From the NCBI GenBank assembly GCA_030390025.1, contig CM059432.1, positions 107,510,001-107,574,000 on the forward strand: a DNA stretch of 64,000 bases. The letters are read 5' to 3'. Below the pieces are notes generated by a model. That model saw only the letters and a program-made list of their open reading frames with translations, ran no database searches and was not told the origin of the DNA. The stretch's first letter is position 1. Each line of letters begins with the position of its first letter. The translations under genes were made by a program, and so were the position numbers. Shown piece after piece: positions 60,146 to 64,000 of this stretch. Origin of the DNA: Squalus acanthias (taxonomy: Eukaryota).

Positions 60146-62447
60146 CTTCTCTTAGGCAGTCCCTCGGAACCGAGGATGACTTGCTTCCACATTAAAAATG
60201 AGTTCTCAGGTGACCGATGAGTCCAATGCAGGACCTACAGTCTCTGTCACAGGTGGGGCAGACGGTGGTTGAAGGGGCGGGTGGGTGGGGTGCTTGCGTT
60301 GACGTGCGCTCCTTCCGCTGCTTGCGCTTGGCTTCCGCTTGCTCCCAGTGAAGAGACTTGAGGTGTTCACCGCCTTCCCGGATGCTTCTCCTCCACTTTG
60401 TGCGGTCTTGGGCCAGGGACTCCCAGGTGTCAGTGGGGATGTTGCACTTTTTCAAGGAGGCTTTGAGGGTGTCCTTGAAGCGTTTCCTCTGCCCACCTGG
60501 GGCTCTCTTGCCATGTTGGAGCTCCGAGTAGAGCGCTTGTTTTGGGAGTCTCGTATCGGGCATGCGGACGATGTGACCCGTCCATTAGAGCTGATCGGGC
60601 GTGGTCAAAGCTTCGATGCTGGGGATGTTGGCCTGAGCGAGAACACTGACGTTGGTGCGCCTAGCCTACCGATGGATTTGCAGGATCTTGAGGAGGCAGC
60701 GTTGGTGGTACCTCTCCAGTGCTTTGAGGTGCCTGCTGTACATGGTCCATGTCTCTGAGGCATACAGCAGGGCGGGTATCACTACTGCTCTGTAGACCAT
60801 GAGCTTAGTGCCGGGTTTGAGGTCCTGGTCTTCAAACACTCTCTTCCTCAGGTGACCGAAGGCTGCACTGGCACACTGAAGGCGGTGTTGGACTTCGTCA
60901 TCGACGTCTGCCCTTGTTGACAGTAGACTCCCGAGGTATGGAAAGTGGTCCATGTTGTCCAAGGCCTTGTCATGGATTTTGATAATCGGGGGGGCAGTAT
61001 TGTGTGGTGGGGGCAGGTTGGTAGAGGACCTTTGTCTTACGGATGTTTAGTGTAAGGCCCATGCTCTCGTACGCTTCGGTGAAGGTGTTGACGATGGTTT
61101 GGAGTTCGACCTCCAAGTGAGCGCAGACGCAAGCGTCGTCTGCATACTGTAATTCGACGACAGAGGATGGGGCGACCTTGGATCTGGACTGGAGGCGATG
61201 GAGGTTAAACAGTTTCCCGTTTGTTCTGTAAATTAGCTCCACTCCAGCGGGGAGCTTACTGAGGGTGAGATGGAGCATTGCAGCAAGGAAGATCGAGAAG
61301 AGCGTTGATGCGATGACACAGCCTTGCTTGACCCCAGTCCGTACGTGAATTGGGTCTGTGGTGGAACCGTTGGTCAGGATCACGGCTTGCATGTCGTCGT
61401 GAAGCAGGCGGAGGATGGTGACAAACTTTTGAGGGCAGCCGAATTTGAGGACACTCCATAATCCCTCACGGTTGACAGTGTCGAAGGCCTTTGTGAGATC
61501 AAAGAGGCCATGTACAGCGGTTGGTGCTGTTCCCTGCATTTCTCTTGTAATTGACGCGCGGTGAAGATCGTGTCCATTGTGCCCCTTAGTGGGCGGAATC
61601 TGCATTGCGACTCTGGGAGGAGCTCTTCAGCCACTGGGAGAAGGCGATTGAGGAGGATTCTTGCGATGATTTTCCCTGTGGCAGACAGCAGGGAAACTCC
61701 TCTGTAATTACCGCAATCAGGCTTGTCACCTTTCTTGAAGATGGTCACAATTACGGCGTCTCTGAGATCCCCTGGCATACTCTCCTCCTTCCAGATAAGA
61801 GAAATGAGTTCATGAATTTGCGGCAGTAGTGCTTCTCCACCATGCTTTAGTGCCTCGGCGGGGATTCCATCTGCTCCTGAGGCCTTGTTGTTCTTCAGTT
61901 GTCGGATGGCCTTTCAACCTCATGCCGGGCTGGGTTTGTGCTGAGGTGGTGGCGGGTGGCATGCTGCGGGATAGAGTTGAGGACACTTGCGTCGAAGACA
62001 GAGTCTCGGTTAAGGAGATCTTCGAAGTGCTCCTTCCAGTGGGCACTGACTGCCTCTCTGTCCTTGATGAGTACCTCTCTGTTCTTGGCCCACAGTGGGG
62101 TAGGACCTTGGGTGCTTGGGCCGTAGATGGTCTTGACTGCACACGTCGTGGTTGTCGGCTAGCTGCTGGATCTCCTGCGCTTTCTCCACCCACCATCTGT
62201 TCTTTAGGTCGTGAGCTTTTTTGTTGGACCTCGGCCTTCAGGTGTCTGCAGAGCTGCTTTCTTGCTCTCGAATTCTGTTGCTGTTTCCAGATCAGGAATG
62301 CCTTGCGCTTGTGGCTTATTAGCTCGTGGATCTCCTGGTCATTCTCGTCGAACCAGTCTTGGTGTTTCCTGGTCGAGTGACCGAGCGTCTCTTCACAGGT
62401 GCTGAATATGGAGGCCTTGAGTGCAGACCAGGCGCTGTGGACACTCT
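60146..62447 (-). mobile_element. RTE-clade LINE, frameshifted, interrupted at 62448 by a Harbinger element
   Basis: CGNYRGVSLLS, DLTKAFDTVNR, GVKQGCV, LQYADD, LYASETWT and C-terminal CPTCDRDCRSCIGLIGHLRTH. Confidence 0.9.
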
Positions 62448-64000
62448 GGGCTGGATTTTGTCAGTGTGGGCGGGCTGGGGCGCGTCAGGTGGAAATCGTG
62501 TCAGGACCCCGACTCCTAAGTGAAGTGCTGAAAAAGTGGGATTTTCCCCTAATTTGGCAATTGATTTCCTGCGTGTGGGAACACCTGGCCCAATGAGTCT
62601 TTTCATACAGAAAGTCACCTCCGATGACGTCATCAATGCTGCTGGATTTAAGACCTGCAAGCAGCCTTGCTTCCTCTGGAGACTGGAAAGGCTCTGCAAA
62701 TTGTATGAAGGTGTTGATTTCCCGACAATGTCCACGATCAAGCAAATGTGTGCACCTCGGTTTGATGAGCCCTCCCTCCAAGCTCTGGTGCACGGAGCCA
62801 GATGTAATAAGGAGGTGCGGTTCCCTTCCTCAGGGAGAAAAAAGTCACCCCAGCAGACAAAAGGTGTGTGGCTGCAAGTGGCCCAGGAGGTCAACTCCAT
62901 TTCGCTGAGCCGCAGAACCTGGCTGCAGTGCAGGAAGAGGTTTCATGATCTTCTCCGCACAGGAAAAGTGAGTATGACTTTCCCATCACCCTCAATCTGA
63001 TCCCCATCGCCTCTCCTCACCAGCACTCTGCTTTGCCAACCTCTTCCTCCACATGCCACTTGACACTTACATGCCTGCACCCTTACCCATTCCCTCTCTC
63101 TTGAAGGTCACATTCACTTAACTATTCAACCATGCAGCCCTCACACTCTCTATCACTGTGATGCCATGACAACAACAACTTTCAACACACAGGGATGGTC
63201 CTTTGTATCCTAAGCATCTATGCTATGGATTATCTACACTCACTCCTTCATTCTCACTCAAACTCCACTTGTGTCCCTCATTGCAGGAAAAGAGAGCCCA
63301 CAATAAGAGGGAAAGAGCCATGACAGGAGGAGGGCCACCCTCAGTAGCCCAGCGCACGGCCTGGGAGGAGGCGGCCCTGGAAATCGCTGGGATCGAGGAG
63401 GATTCCCAAGTGGGGGACGGACAGATGGGCGCATCGCAGCAAGCTGGTGACAGAATAGTTTGGCATCTCTCTCATTGACATTGCATGAATCACTGATAAA
63501 GAATCTGATGCTCTAGCAGATTGACTTATGATCATCTGCACTATTCAATGTTCATGTAACCTTGACCTCATATCTCTAACTCTTTCCTTTACTCCCCCAC
63601 AGGACCATCGAAAGCCCCCGTCCCCACTGTCCAGGAGGAAGAGCCTGAGCTTCCAGACTCCTCAGAGGAAGCTGCAACCTCTGAGGGCGCAGCCTCAGCA
63701 GAATTCAGTGCACCCAGCACCAGCGCAGACACTCACACCTCGGTGGGACCTTCGCGAGATAGAGTAGTGTTGGCACCTGGTGTATCACAGCTCACAAGTG
63801 AGCATCAGCAGATGATGGAGACAGGGACAGCAGTGGAGAGTCCTCGTCGGAGGGCGCAGGACTCTCCCAGCTCGGCTCAGCTGCATGTCAACCCTGTGCC
63901 TCCGGGTCCATCCAGAACGAGAGCGGTGCTGGAACTCCAGGAACAGGTGCAGGAGTCTCTGGCAGGTTTCGTCTCCAGGGTCGCTGCGAGTGTCGAGCGA
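62448..64000 (+). mobile_element. Left part of a PIF/Harbinger transposon (continues beyond the window)
   Basis: TIR GGGCTGGATTTT identical to that at 8595; carries a spliced Myb/SANT-like gene. Confidence 0.85.
62728..64000 (+). CDS. Harbinger Myb/SANT-like DNA-binding protein; exons 62728-62967, 63287-63446 and 63603->64000 (partial)
   Basis: APRFDEPSLQALV...VWLQVAQEVNSISLSRRTWLQCRKRFHDL|EKRAHNKRERAMTGGGPP. GT-AG introns with matching phases (0 and 1); exon 3 is open to the window end. Confidence 0.8.

Overview
Eukaryotic genomic DNA, most likely from a cartilaginous fish (shark-like). This is inferred from the repeat families: CR1 LINEs with (CTATGTTT)n-type tails, L2, Deu-domain tRNA SINEs, Penelope-like elements and RTE. 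No intact host protein-coding gene is recognisable. The window is a stack of nested mobile elements around a ~14.9 kb satellite of 23-bp units (36026-50917). Highlights: (1) an apparently intact, very young 4.4 kb Ty3/Gypsy LTR retrotransposon with identical LTRs and a single 1318-aa ORF; its RT motif is YLDN and its PBS position pairs with its own LTR instead of a tRNA; it is the innermost layer of a four-level nest (CR1 > CR1 > Penelope > Gypsy). (2) Minimal hammerhead ribozymes in two different Penelope-like families. (3) Several PIF/Harbinger elements, two of which hit the identical nucleotide of two CR1 copies, and one of which carries an open three-exon Myb/SANT gene running off the window end. 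(4) An intact CR1 ORF2. (5) A probable processed UMPS pseudogene fragment. (6) Kilobase-scale higher-order duplications in the satellite. All calls are by eye; boundaries of degraded repeats are approximate.
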